In this document: piece after piece, positions 1-9,929 of the stretch | Position numbering within the stretch: position 1 is the first letter of the stretch | Layout: each line of letters begins with the position of its first letter | Assembly: GCA_963780225.1 (NCBI GenBank) | Contig: CAWAAX010000025.1 | Span: 13,620 to 77,619, forward strand | Origin: an uncultured bacterium | GTDB lineage: Bacteria; Edwardsbacteria; AC1; EtOH8 | Reading direction: 5' to 3' | DNA length: 64,000 nucleotides | The notes under the pieces: generated by a model | Seen by the model: the letters and a program-made list of their open reading frames with translations, nothing else | What the model was told of the DNA's origin: nothing | Databases searched by the model: none | Made by a program: the position numbers and the translations under genes

Positions 1-2
1 TC

Positions 3-3000
3 CTGGCTCTGGCCCTGGTCCTGCCTGCCCAGGCGGTGCGCTACGGCATCAAGAAGCAGATATTCGTCAGTGGCGCCCAGACTGCCATGCCATCCTATTT
101 GTGCTACAGCCAGAACACAAACCAGATGTATTCCGGCAATTTCGGGACTAATGAAGTTGTGGCCATTGATTGCGCGGGAGATTTGCTTATGGGAGCAGTA
201 CCAAGCGTTTATCCTGGGGCCATGGTTTATGACCAGATCAACAATCGGGTTTATCTGCATGACGATGGCATCGACTTCTTCGCTATTAATTGCGCCGACA
301 ATAAATTGGATACCACCTTGGGATACGGCCAAGGCGGCGGTCCGGTGGATTATAATCCGCTGAACAACAAGATCTATCACCTGGATCAGACTTTCAGCCA
401 GATATTTGCCTTCAACGGCACAGACTATTCCGTCAATACATTCTCCGGCTATTATAATATGCTTTATTACCAGCCGAAGAATGTGCTGTATACCGGCCAG
501 GAATATACCGATACTATGCTGGCGATAGACGGAAGCACAAATGTTACGATAGCCAAAATAGGAGTGAGTGGGCTGACCTCTAGCGAATTTTTTATGGCGG
601 CTGATACGATAGGCGGCCGGGTTTATGTTGCCATGCCCAATTGGGATATCATATCGGTAATAGATCCCAGCGCCAATGTTGAGGATGTCCGCTTGGGGCT
701 TCCAGACAAACCGGCCGATATGGCTTTCTGCCCGATAAACCGCAAGATGTTCGTGGCCTGCAACGGCAAGAGTACCTATTCTCTGGCGGTGATCGATACG
801 CTCAATAAGGTGGACTCTATTCAGGTGGGCGATTCGGTCAGCACCGTGGTTTACAATCCAAATGATTCGCTGATCTACATCGGTTGCAACTCCAGCGGCT
901 ATATCAAATTAATAGATCCCCGTCTGCCGACTCCCATGGTGGTGGACAGCGTGTACCTTATGTTCGATCCACAATTCAAAGATATGTCCGTCGACAAAGG
1001 CGGGGATGTTTATATTGCAATTTATAATTCGGATAATATATTCGTCATTGGTCAGATCCCGTTGCGGATGTGGCGAAGCACTATGACAAACGGTTATTGG
1101 TTCGATTATATGGCCTGGCAGTATTCCGACGATGGCGGCAACAGTTGGGGCAACTTTTCAACCATCTATCCCAATAACCCCGACGACAGCACCATCACCA
1201 TTCAGACCGGACACACCATACAACAAACACTCGGCGGCCCCGCCGTGTTAGTGGACCAACTGATAGTCGACGGAGCCCTGGAACTAGTTGAGAACTCCCT
1301 GACAATCGCCGACGGACCGGGCGATGACATAATTATCAACGGCATCTACCGGTATTCAGGAGGAACTTTCACTAAAAATCCCGGGGCCACCATGATTTTC
1401 AGGCAATACAGCGCGTATGAACATAATATCGACGGCAATGCTATTCCCACGGCGATCTGGGACACCCTTTCCACCCTCGAGATTACCGGAGTGATGAACA
1501 CCATGCCCGGCGGGATGAACCAAGCCTTCGGCAACATTACATGGAACTGCTACGGCCAGACGGCAGACCTTACCCTTCCCGGAGGCCCGTCATTCGGCGC
1601 CAGGAACCTTTCCATTGCCAATACCTCCGATACCGTGGGAGTGGTGCATGGGCTTTATCTCACCAGCGGCGTCCTGCCCAGCCTGACGGTGAATGATCTA
1701 AGCATCACCAGCACCTCCAACGTAATCCTGGGTTCGGGAGGCAACCGGACGTTGCATGTGAAGGGCGATCTCCAGGTTTACGATCCGGGCTGGCTCTACC
1801 TGACCGATACCCTGAACCGGGGCATAGACACCCTGTTCCTCTACGGCGATTATTCCCACTTGTTAGCCGGCATAGGCGGCGGCGGGCCGGATTCCACCGC
1901 CATCGTCTTCTGCGGAAGCGACACTCAGGTTTATTATGACGAAAATGAGATGCTGACGGGCCATATAAACTTTCAGGTGAACCCCGGGGCCTTTCTCAAA
2001 ATAGGTGGATGGAGCACACTGGGATATGGCAGCCAGGGCAATTTTACCCTGATGCCGGGAGCTACCCTGAGCTATTCGGATATGTGGGGCATTTATCCTA
2101 CCGGGCAGGATACCGGCGTGATCCGCAATCTTGGAGCCAGGAATTACAGCCAAGGGGCGAATTATCATATCTACTCCATGTCGACCGGGCCGTATAGGAC
2201 AGGGCCAGGTATTCCAGACACCGTTAATCAGTTGATCATAGAGAGCTACGGGGATCAAGTTTACCTTTCCAAGGATGTGGCGGTGATGGATAGCCTAAAA
2301 CTGCTGGCCAATAATCTGCAAATGAATGGGCACCGACTGTCGCTGTTTGGGCCGATATATCAAACCTCCGGAAACCTCTGGGGGGACAGCCTGGCCTCTC
2401 TGGTCATCATGGGAGGAAACCCCGCCCCGGTAATCCTGCCTTCCTGGGTGCGCGACCTTGGGCTGCTAAACATCAACCGTCCGGCCACAATTACAATGAC
2501 CGACACCATGTTGATCTATAACCGGCTGGAACTGGTCAACGGAATTTTGGATAACGGCGGCAAACAGCTTTCATTTTTAGACGGAGCTTCCATTTTCCGT
2601 AACGGCAGCGGCGGACTGGCTGGAGCCGGGCTAATGGTGTTCGTCAACCAGGTCAATCTGGAGTATGGGGCAGGCATCATCACCGCCGGGGTCGAAATGC
2701 CGCTGAATACGATGGGACTGAGATCTTTGGCTTTAAAAGGTCTGAACGATACTCTGATCGTTAACCGTGATACGTTGAACATTTGGAACAATCTTTCAGT
2801 TTCCGGCGGCATCCGCTTCAACGGGAAAATGTTTTCCTCGTACGGTCTGATCGATACCATGGGACCGGCCGGGGAGCTTGATATTCACCGATTCCTGCTC
2901 GGCCAGCTTCCTCGGTTCGGCCGGAACCTTGTATCTGCCGGCAATCACCGGCGGCAGCCTGATGCTGGATGCCAGCCTCGGCAGCGTGATGCGGCGAAAT

Positions 3001-6000
3001 ATCACCTGCAGCGGGCCTCTGAACCTGAGCCTTGGGAACATGACGGCCGGGCCCAATACGCTGACTCTGGGCGACAGCTTATCCGGCGCTGGACTGCTGG
3101 CTACCGACAGCACTTCCACCCTGGTGTTCCAGGGGAACGCCGTCAACCAAGTGCTATCCTCATCCGTAAATCACCTAAAATCTCTATCCTGGAATCGTCC
3201 GGCCACGCTGTTCGTCACCAATCCCTTGGTGCTGCATGACAGCCTTAAATTGGGCCAGGGCTCGGTGGACAATTCCGTCAACCTGAGCCTAAGGTCCGGA
3301 ACAACCATCTTCCGAAATTCCGGAATACTGGCCATGCCGCCGGTATTTGAAGGACCGATTGATGTGGTTTACGGCTCCCACGGTGGAAGCGCCATGACGG
3401 CTGGGAACGAATTGCCCTATAATGTCACTGACCTGAATAATCTTTCCTTAAGCCTAAGCCTCATGTCCAACGACACAGTAGCCCTGGCCGGCTCCGCCCA
3501 GGTCAATGGAAGGCTGAGCTTAGACCAGGGAGTTCTGTCGGTCGGCGCCAATTCGCTGACCCTGCGTGACACCATTAATGCGTTAATGGGCCAGCTGGCG
3601 GCCGACAGCACCTCGACCCTGCAGATACTGAATAGCCCGTTCCTGTTCACCATCCCATCATCGGTCAAAGAATTGGATAGTTTGATCCTCAACAGTTCAT
3701 TCGGGCTGGAACTGCCGGATACGGTCCATATCCGTTCCGCTTATCGGCAGATCTTGGGAAAGATCAGTTTCGGCCAGCTGATCTACGGGCCGGCGGCCAC
3801 TCTGGCCTATGACAAGGCGGGCAGCGATACTTCTTCCAACTTTGAGTTCCCGGACATCGGCGGACCGCATAACCTGATTGCGGCCGCTACCGGCGGGTTG
3901 CAACTGCACACTAACCGGACGGTGCCCGGCACCCTGACCCTAAATAATACCCTTTACACCGGGGCCAATACCGTCTACGTCGACACCCTGGGGAATGTGG
4001 TTCAGGGTGCCGGATTTGTGGACGGCAACCTGGCCAAGCTGATTCCTTGGACGGCCGACACCATCGTTACCTATGAGTTGGGCAGCGCCGGGACCGGTCC
4101 TTCGCCGGTGGACATAGAGGTTTTCAATAATACCGTACCAGCCTTCGTTACCGCCGGGATCAAAGGGGCGGGCCATCCCCTGGTAAACGATTCTACCGCT
4201 TGCCTGCGAAAATTCTGGTCGTTATCGGGCGCGGGCCTGGCGGCAGATGCCTGCCTGATAACCCTGCATTATTTGCCGGCCGATTTCAATCCGCCCAACT
4301 TCACCGAGACGGCCCACGAATCAACCATGGTGGCCGGGCGCTACGACAACGGAGCCACTCCGGGATGGCAGTTCCCCGGCATAGTATCCCGCAACATCCT
4401 GGGCACAACTGACGGCGGATCGATAGTATTAAGTCAGTCAGGCAATTTTGCAGAAAACCCGGAGTTCACCCTGGGGCGTGATTCCATGGCCATTTACAAT
4501 CTGATGGTTGACACCACCAACCCGGTGGTGACACTGGTCAGTCCTTCGTCCGGAGCCACCGGCGTCCTCCTGCAGCAGCAGGTGGTGGTCAGCTTTTCCG
4601 AGCCGATGGACACCGCCAGTTTCCGGTTCCGGTGCACCCCCGATCCGCTGTATTGGAACCTGTCCTGGATCAGCGGGGACAGCCAGGTGATCATGTCGCA
4701 CGGCGATTTTGCGCCCGGCATACTGTACAGCTTCCGGGTCGACTCGGCGGCTGATAAAGCAGGCAATCCCATGCTGAACCCGCCCTACCAGTGGAGCTTT
4801 ACCACGGTACCGCCGGATTCGATGAGCTTCAACCTGGCCGGCGGGGCTTACCGGATGTTCTCGGTGCCGCTATCCCCGGTCGATTCCACCCCGGCCCAGA
4901 TCCTGGGCGACGAACTGGGAGTCTATTCCGATTCCACCTGGCGCATTTTCGGATACAAACCGTCATCGGGCTACCTGGAGCGGCCCAACCTCTCCAGCGG
5001 TTACGGTTACTGGCTGGCCACCGCCGGTAACGCCCAGGTGGAGGTCAAGGGCACGAGGTGGATGAATTTTTACAACCAGCCCATAGACAGCGGATGGAAT
5101 TTGATCGGCGATCCCTTTGATACCACCGTCACTCTGGCCAACATCATAGTATTGTGGAGCGACACCAGCAGCCACTTTGTGAATTTCACGGATTCCACCG
5201 TCAACAGCGTGGTGCGCCAGAGGATGTACAACTGGCGGGATGAAAGCCCGGACTTTGAGAACAACGGAGTCTGGGACAGCCTGACTCCTTACATTGCCGG
5301 AGACCAGATGCATCCTTGGACGGGCTATGCCCTGTATGCCGTACGGCCCTGCACCCTGATGATGGAGCGTTTTATGGGCAAGGGGCAGGTGGAACCGGCC
5401 AAGGTCCCCCAATATCAGATCGGCTGGCAGCTGACCATGGATGTTGCTTCCGGCAATGCAGTTGACCGGGGCCTTAAGCTGGGAGTTTCCCCCCAGGCCA
5501 AAGAAACCTACGACCGGCTGGATGCCGAAAAGCCTCCGCTGATTTCAAACAACGTAAAGGCTTTCATTCCCCACCAGGACTGGAACCAGGGCCCCTGCCA
5601 TGACTACCAGCACGACTTCCGTCCGGCGGCGGACTACATCGAATGGCCGCTGATGATCGAGGCCGCCCAAGCCGGTCAGCCGGTGGTGTTGAACGCCCAG
5701 ATCACCGGGGAACTGGGGAACGAAGGTTGTCTCTATTTGCTGGACCGGAGAAAGGGAAAGACCTTTGACCTGAAGGCCCAAAAGACGATCGGCTTTTCCG
5801 GTTCCCAGGAACTGGCGGTGGTCTATTCCTCCAGCCCGTTTGACGGCCGGAACCTGACGCCATTGACCTTCGGGCTGGGGCGGATAGGACCCAACCCCTT
5901 CCGGCAGTCATCAGTCATCAATTACCAACTGCCGCAGGCTGGGCCGGTCAGCCTGACCGTCTACAATATCACCGGTCAGAGGGTGCGGACCCTGGTCAGC

Positions 6001-6141
6001 CAGAACCTGCCGCCGGGGTACTATTCCCAGGTCTGGGACGGCCGGAACGACGGGGGAAGGTCCCTTTCGGCCGGAGTATACATAGTCAGACTAAGCGCTT
6101 TGGGCCGGAGCGTCGCCCAAAAGATAGTTAAGCTGCAATAG
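3..6141 (+). CDS. Very large secreted protein (YVTN/YncE-like beta-propeller, beta-rich repeats, Big_5/SbsA Ig domain, C-terminal FlgD-Ig/T9SS-type domain); 5'-partial, split by a +1 frameshift at ~2871-2874
   Basis: Frame is open from base 3 (LALALVLPAQA, end of a signal peptide). ORF 36..3239 turns to junk after GPAG; ORF 2878..6141 continues the same repeats (LWGDSLASLV / LATDSTSTLV / LAADSTSTLQ), contains DTTNPVVTLVSPSSGATGV..VSFSEPMD and ends GPNPF..INYQLP..VYNITGQRVRTL..WDGRND..GVYIVRL. Confidence 0.85.
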
Positions 6142-6157
6142 GCGAAAGGAAAATAAA

Positions 6158-6997
6158 ATGATGATCAACAATTTATACAAAAAAGCCATCAGCTTAGCCG
6201 TCATCACCCTGCAACTATTGTGGCTGGCGGCTCCGGCCCTGGCCGAATACAAGCCCACCGAGGCTAAAATAAATTATTTTAAAGGCCAGGTGGAGGTTCA
6301 GAAATCTCAGGGGATTACCTGGACCAAGGCGGTGATTAAAATGAAGCTGAGATCCGGCGATAAAATATCAACCGAAGAAGGCTCCGAGGCCGAGATCGTG
6401 CTGGAGGACGGAAGCGTGCTGAAGATGAAGGACAAGAGCCTGCTTTTGATCGAGCGGATGGAGAAAAGCAAAAAGCCCACCATGAGCGTGGTCAATTCCT
6501 TTAAGGTCAGGACCGGAAAGGTGCTGGGATGCATCCGCAAGATGGGCTCGCGGGATTCCAAGTTCACCATCGGCACTCCCACCGCGGTGGCCGGGATCCG
6601 GGGCACGGTGTTCGGCATTTATGTGGAAGGAGATTCCACCGAGCTGGACGTGCTTAAGGGCGAAGTGGGGATCCAGGGCGAGGCCGGGGAAGAGGTGATG
6701 GTGGGCGAGAAGATGACCACCACCGTGGCCAAGGGCGACTCGGCCAAGCACCCGGTGGCCATGACCGCCGCCAAGATATCTTTTATGCTGCTGTGGGCCG
6801 GAGCGGCCATTAAGCTGGGCAGCATGGGCGCAGCCACCGCCACTGCCTGGTATGCCTCCACCGCAGCCATTGTTACCGGAGCCACGGCGGTGGTGGCGGG
6901 ATCTGTAGCAGCCATAATAATCGCCAACAGCGGGGATGATGCAGCGGCGCCCACCCCGGCCAAGACCATTCCCGGACCGCCGGGCTGGCCGCAATAG
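6158..6997 (+). CDS. FecR-domain protein with signal peptide and C-terminal hydrophobic/Pro-rich tail
   Basis: LRSGDKISTEEGSEAEIVLEDGSVLKM and FTIGTPTAVAGIRGTVF..LDVLKGEV motifs; RBS AAGGA upstream. Confidence 0.8.
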   Translation: MMINNLYKKAISLAVITLQLLWLAAPALAEYKPTEAKINYFKGQVEVQKSQGITWTKAVIKMKLRSGDKISTEEGSEAEIVLEDGSVLKMKDKSLLLIERMEKSKKPTMSVVNSFKVRTGKVLGCIRKMGSRDSKFTIGTPTAVAGIRGTVFGIYVEGDSTELDVLKGEVGIQGEAGEEVMVGEKMTTTVAKGDSAKHPVAMTAAKISFMLLWAGAAIKLGSMGAATATAWYASTAAIVTGATAVVAGSVAAIIIANSGDDAAAPTPAKTIPGPPGWPQ

Positions 6998-7025
6998 AAT
7001 CTAAAAAACAATAGACCTGTTCCAA

Positions 7026-7064
7026 AGCAGGCCCGGCAGTCTTAAATAGCATGCCGGGTTTGCT
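7026..7064 (+). terminator. Hairpin after the FecR gene, probable terminator
   Basis: AGCAGGCCCGGCA..TGCCGGGTTTGCT stem followed by GTTTA. Confidence 0.5.
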
Positions 7065-7072
7065 GTTTATCC

Positions 7073-7102
7073 TTGATTTTAGAGGTGCTGACGGAGTATA
7101 AT
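7073..7102 (+). promoter_or_regulatory. Sigma70-like promoter of glyQS
   Basis: TTGATT-N18-TATAAT. Confidence 0.5.
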
Positions 7103-7137
7103 TAAATTTCATGTTTAACATTTTGCGAGGAATTAAA

Positions 7138-8814
7138 GTGTCCAGACCGGAAAACGCCTTTGAAAAGATAGTATCTCTGTCCAAGCGGCGGGGGTTCATA
7201 TTCCAGTCCTCCGAGATCTACGGGGGCCTGGGCTCCACCTGGGATTACGGCCCGCTGGGGGTGGAACTGAAGAACAATGTCAAGAAGGCCTGGTGGCAGA
7301 GCGTGGTCTACCAGCGCGAGGACATGGAGGGCCTGGACGCGGCCATCATCATGAATCGCTTGGTGTGGCAGTATTCCGGCCACGAGAAGACTTTTGTGGA
7401 CCCACTGGTGGACTGCAAAAAATGCCGTAAGCGTTTCCGGGCCGATCACGTAAAAGGCGACAAATGCCCCGAGTGCGACGGCGAACTGACCGAGCCCCGC
7501 AATTTCAACGGAATGTTCCAGACCCACGTGGGCCCGGTCCAGGATGACTCAGGCCTGGCCTATCTCCGCCCCGAGACCGCCCAGGGGATCTTCACCAATT
7601 TCCTCAACGTCCTTCAATCCATGCGCCGCAAACTGCCCTTCGGCATTGCCCAGATTGGAAAATCATTCCGAAACGAGATCACCCCCGGGAATTTTACCTT
7701 CCGCACCCGGGAATTCGAGCAGATGGAGATCGAGTATTTTTGCAAGCCGCCCCAATACCTGCAGCCCGGCGAGAAGACCGACGACCAGCTGCACCAGGAA
7801 TGGGTGGAAGCCCGTTATAACTGGTACCTGAGCCTGGGCCTCAGCCCCGAGCGCTTGAAAAAACGTCCCCAGGCCAAGGAAGAGCTGGCCCATTACGCCA
7901 AAGCCTGCGTGGACCTGGAATACCTTTTCCCGGGATCTTTAGGCTGGAGCGAGCTAGAGGGGGTGGCCAACCGCCAGGATTACGACCTGACGGCTCACAG
8001 CAACAACGTCCCGGAAACAGATCTGGCCCGCTTAAAGCTCAACCGGAACGAGCATTCCACCGAGAAGCTGGAATACTTTGACGAAGCCTATCTGGACCCG
8101 GCCACCGGCAAGAAGGGGGCCAAGTACATCCCCTATGTCATAGAACCCTCGGCCGGGGCCGACCGGGCCACTTTGGCCTTCTTGTGCGAGGCTTACGAAG
8201 AGGAGCAGCTCTCCCGGCCGGATGAAGCTGCGGTCAAGCCCCTGTCCGATGCCATGGACGCGGCGTTGAAGAACATCCAGAAGCGGATAGCCGAGGCGGC
8301 CAAAAGGCCGGGAGACGAGATCCCCAACGGCCAGCAGCTGGCGGCCATGGAGAAGGCTCTTCAGTCAGCCAGGGAAGATCTTCCGGCCAAACTTCTTCAG
8401 ATAGACGCCGCCTGCTCCCTGTCTGGAGCGGACAAGCTGGACTTGGTGAAAAAAGTGAAATTGATAGCCGGCAAACTGGGGGACGAGCATACCCGGGCGG
8501 TCCTCAGACTGCACCCAAAACTGGCTCCCATCAAGGTCGCCGTCCTGCCATTAAAGAAGAACGAGCCCCGGATTGTGGAACTGGGTAAAAAAATCAAGAA
8601 TGACCTGACCGGGCATTTCCGGGCGGTCTACGATGATACCGCCGGGATCGGCAAGCTTTACCGGCGCCAGGACGAGGTGGGCACCCCGTTCTGTCTGACG
8701 GTGGATTTTCAGTCGTTGGAGGACGGGACGGTGACATTGAGGGACCGGGATACCATGAAGCAGGAGCGGGTGAAGATTGAGGACCTGATCCAGGTGATAG
8801 GAAAATTATTGTAA
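7138..8814 (+). CDS. glyQS: Glycine--tRNA ligase, alpha2 (Thermus/eukaryote-like) type, with a ~90-aa insertion
   Basis: [74 protein letters not shown]; GTG start at 7138 after GAGG. Confidence 0.97.
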   Translation: MSRPENAFEKIVSLSKRRGFIFQSSEIYGGLGSTWDYGPLGVELKNNVKKAWWQSVVYQREDMEGLDAAIIMNRLVWQYSGHEKTFVDPLVDCKKCRKRFRADHVKGDKCPECDGELTEPRNFNGMFQTHVGPVQDDSGLAYLRPETAQGIFTNFLNVLQSMRRKLPFGIAQIGKSFRNEITPGNFTFRTREFEQMEIEYFCKPPQYLQPGEKTDDQLHQEWVEARYNWYLSLGLSPERLKKRPQAKEELAHYAKACVDLEYLFPGSLGWSELEGVANRQDYDLTAHSNNVPETDLARLKLNRNEHSTEKLEYFDEAYLDPATGKKGAKYIPYVIEPSAGADRATLAFLCEAYEEEQLSRPDEAAVKPLSDAMDAALKNIQKRIAEAAKRPGDEIPNGQQLAAMEKALQSAREDLPAKLLQIDAACSLSGADKLDLVKKVKLIAGKLGDEHTRAVLRLHPKLAPIKVAVLPLKKNEPRIVELGKKIKNDLTGHFRAVYDDTAGIGKLYRRQDEVGTPFCLTVDFQSLEDGTVTLRDRDTMKQERVKIEDLIQVIGKLL

Positions 8815-8836
8815 GAGACATTTGGATAAAGTATTT

Positions 8837-8870
8837 CAAAAAGGGGGAGAGCGTGCTCTCCCCCTTTTTG
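8837..8870. terminator. Intrinsic (bidirectional) terminator
   Basis: CAAAAAGGGGGAGAGC-GT-GCTCTCCCCCTTTTTG perfect inverted repeat. Confidence 0.85.
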
Positions 8871-8972
8871 ATTGCAATCGCTTGAAAAAAGCTGATAAAA
8901 ATATTAAAAATCAACGCCTTTTTACTTTCAGACAATATCCATAATCCTGTACTCCAACTTTATAAAATGCTG

Positions 8973-9002
8973 TTGACATAAGCGCATAACTTATGATATT
9001 AT
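8973..9002 (+). promoter_or_regulatory. Sigma70-like promoter of the Crp/Fnr gene with an embedded inverted repeat
   Basis: TTGACA-N18-TATTAT with TGn extension; CATAAG-N7-CTTATG at 8977-8995. Confidence 0.6.
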
Positions 9003-9035
9003 ACTATGTTAAACCTTATATAAAGGGGGCAGAAA

Positions 9036-9680
9036 ATGCCGGAAGCCGAAGGCGCTTTTGAAAAAGTATTGAAAGCGGGCGAGATTCTGTTCCACGAGGG
9101 TGAACGGGGCGAGGAAATGTATCTGATCCGCTCGGGCAAAGTGGAGATCTCAAACTCGGCCGGAGGGGCCAAAAAAGTGCTGGCTACTCTTTCCGAGGGC
9201 TCTTTTTTGGGCGAGATGGCCATAGTGGACGATGCCCCGCGCTCGGCTACCGCCACTGCCTTGTCCGAGGTTTCCCTTTTAATTCTGGATCGGGCGGCTT
9301 TCAAGGCCCAGATCCAGGAGAACCCCATGGTGGATTACCTGATCTCCAGCCTGGTGCGCCGGTTGCGGGAGACCAACGAGCAGGTGAAGATCCTGATGCA
9401 GAAGGACGACGTCTGCCGCATCGCGGCTTCCCTGCTGAACCTGGGCCGGGAGAAGGGCGCCCCCGATGGCTCCGGAGTGCTGGTCAAGGGCAGTTACACT
9501 CCCGACGGGTTTGCCGGCCAGGTGGGGGTGGGCAAGGCCAAGGCGGCCGAGATCCTGGAAAAGATGCAGAAACAGGGGCTGATGGAGTTTTCGGCCGACG
9601 GGATCAAGATTGCCTCGATGGGAGACCTGGAGGAGTTCTGGAAGTTCGCCACGCTCAAGGAGAAGTTCAAGGAGATGTAA
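9036..9680 (+). CDS. Crp/Fnr-family cyclic-nucleotide-binding protein
   Basis: GEILFHEGERGEEMYLIRSGKVEI, FLGEMAIVDDAPRSATATA; C-terminal wHTH-like segment. Confidence 0.88.
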   Translation: MPEAEGAFEKVLKAGEILFHEGERGEEMYLIRSGKVEISNSAGGAKKVLATLSEGSFLGEMAIVDDAPRSATATALSEVSLLILDRAAFKAQIQENPMVDYLISSLVRRLRETNEQVKILMQKDDVCRIAASLLNLGREKGAPDGSGVLVKGSYTPDGFAGQVGVGKAKAAEILEKMQKQGLMEFSADGIKIASMGDLEEFWKFATLKEKFKEM

Positions 9681-9688
9681 TCCTCGGC

Positions 9689-9876
9689 CACAGAGGCTCA
9701 GAGACACAGAGACTGTTCAATATGTCATCCTGAGTTGGGCATCGTGCTTGGCAAGCCGAAGGATATTTCTTTTCACACAGAGACGCTAAGACACAAAGGT
9801 CTTCAATATCATTCCGCAATGTCCTCTCGTAATGTCATCCTGAGCTGACTATCTTGCCTGACAAGTCGAAGGATAT
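9689..9876. repeat. Composite REP-like cluster: two octamer triads and two 43-bp GTCATCCTGAG..CGAAGGATAT elements
   Basis: Octamers at 9689-9712 and 9776-9799; 43-bp copies at 9724-9766 and 9834-9876. Confidence 0.8.
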
Positions 9877-9929
9877 CGTGCAAGTATTTGCCATTAGTAA
9901 TTAGCAATTACCAAACAAGGGGGGTAGCC

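Noticed and set aside
2881-3239. C-terminal ~120 aa of ORF 36..3239 as real protein
   Set aside because: Out-of-frame read-through after the extra G; composition switches to Arg/His/Pro-rich junk.
8212-8481. Intein in GlyRS
   Set aside because: Too short, all-helical, and no HN-C/S/T junction.
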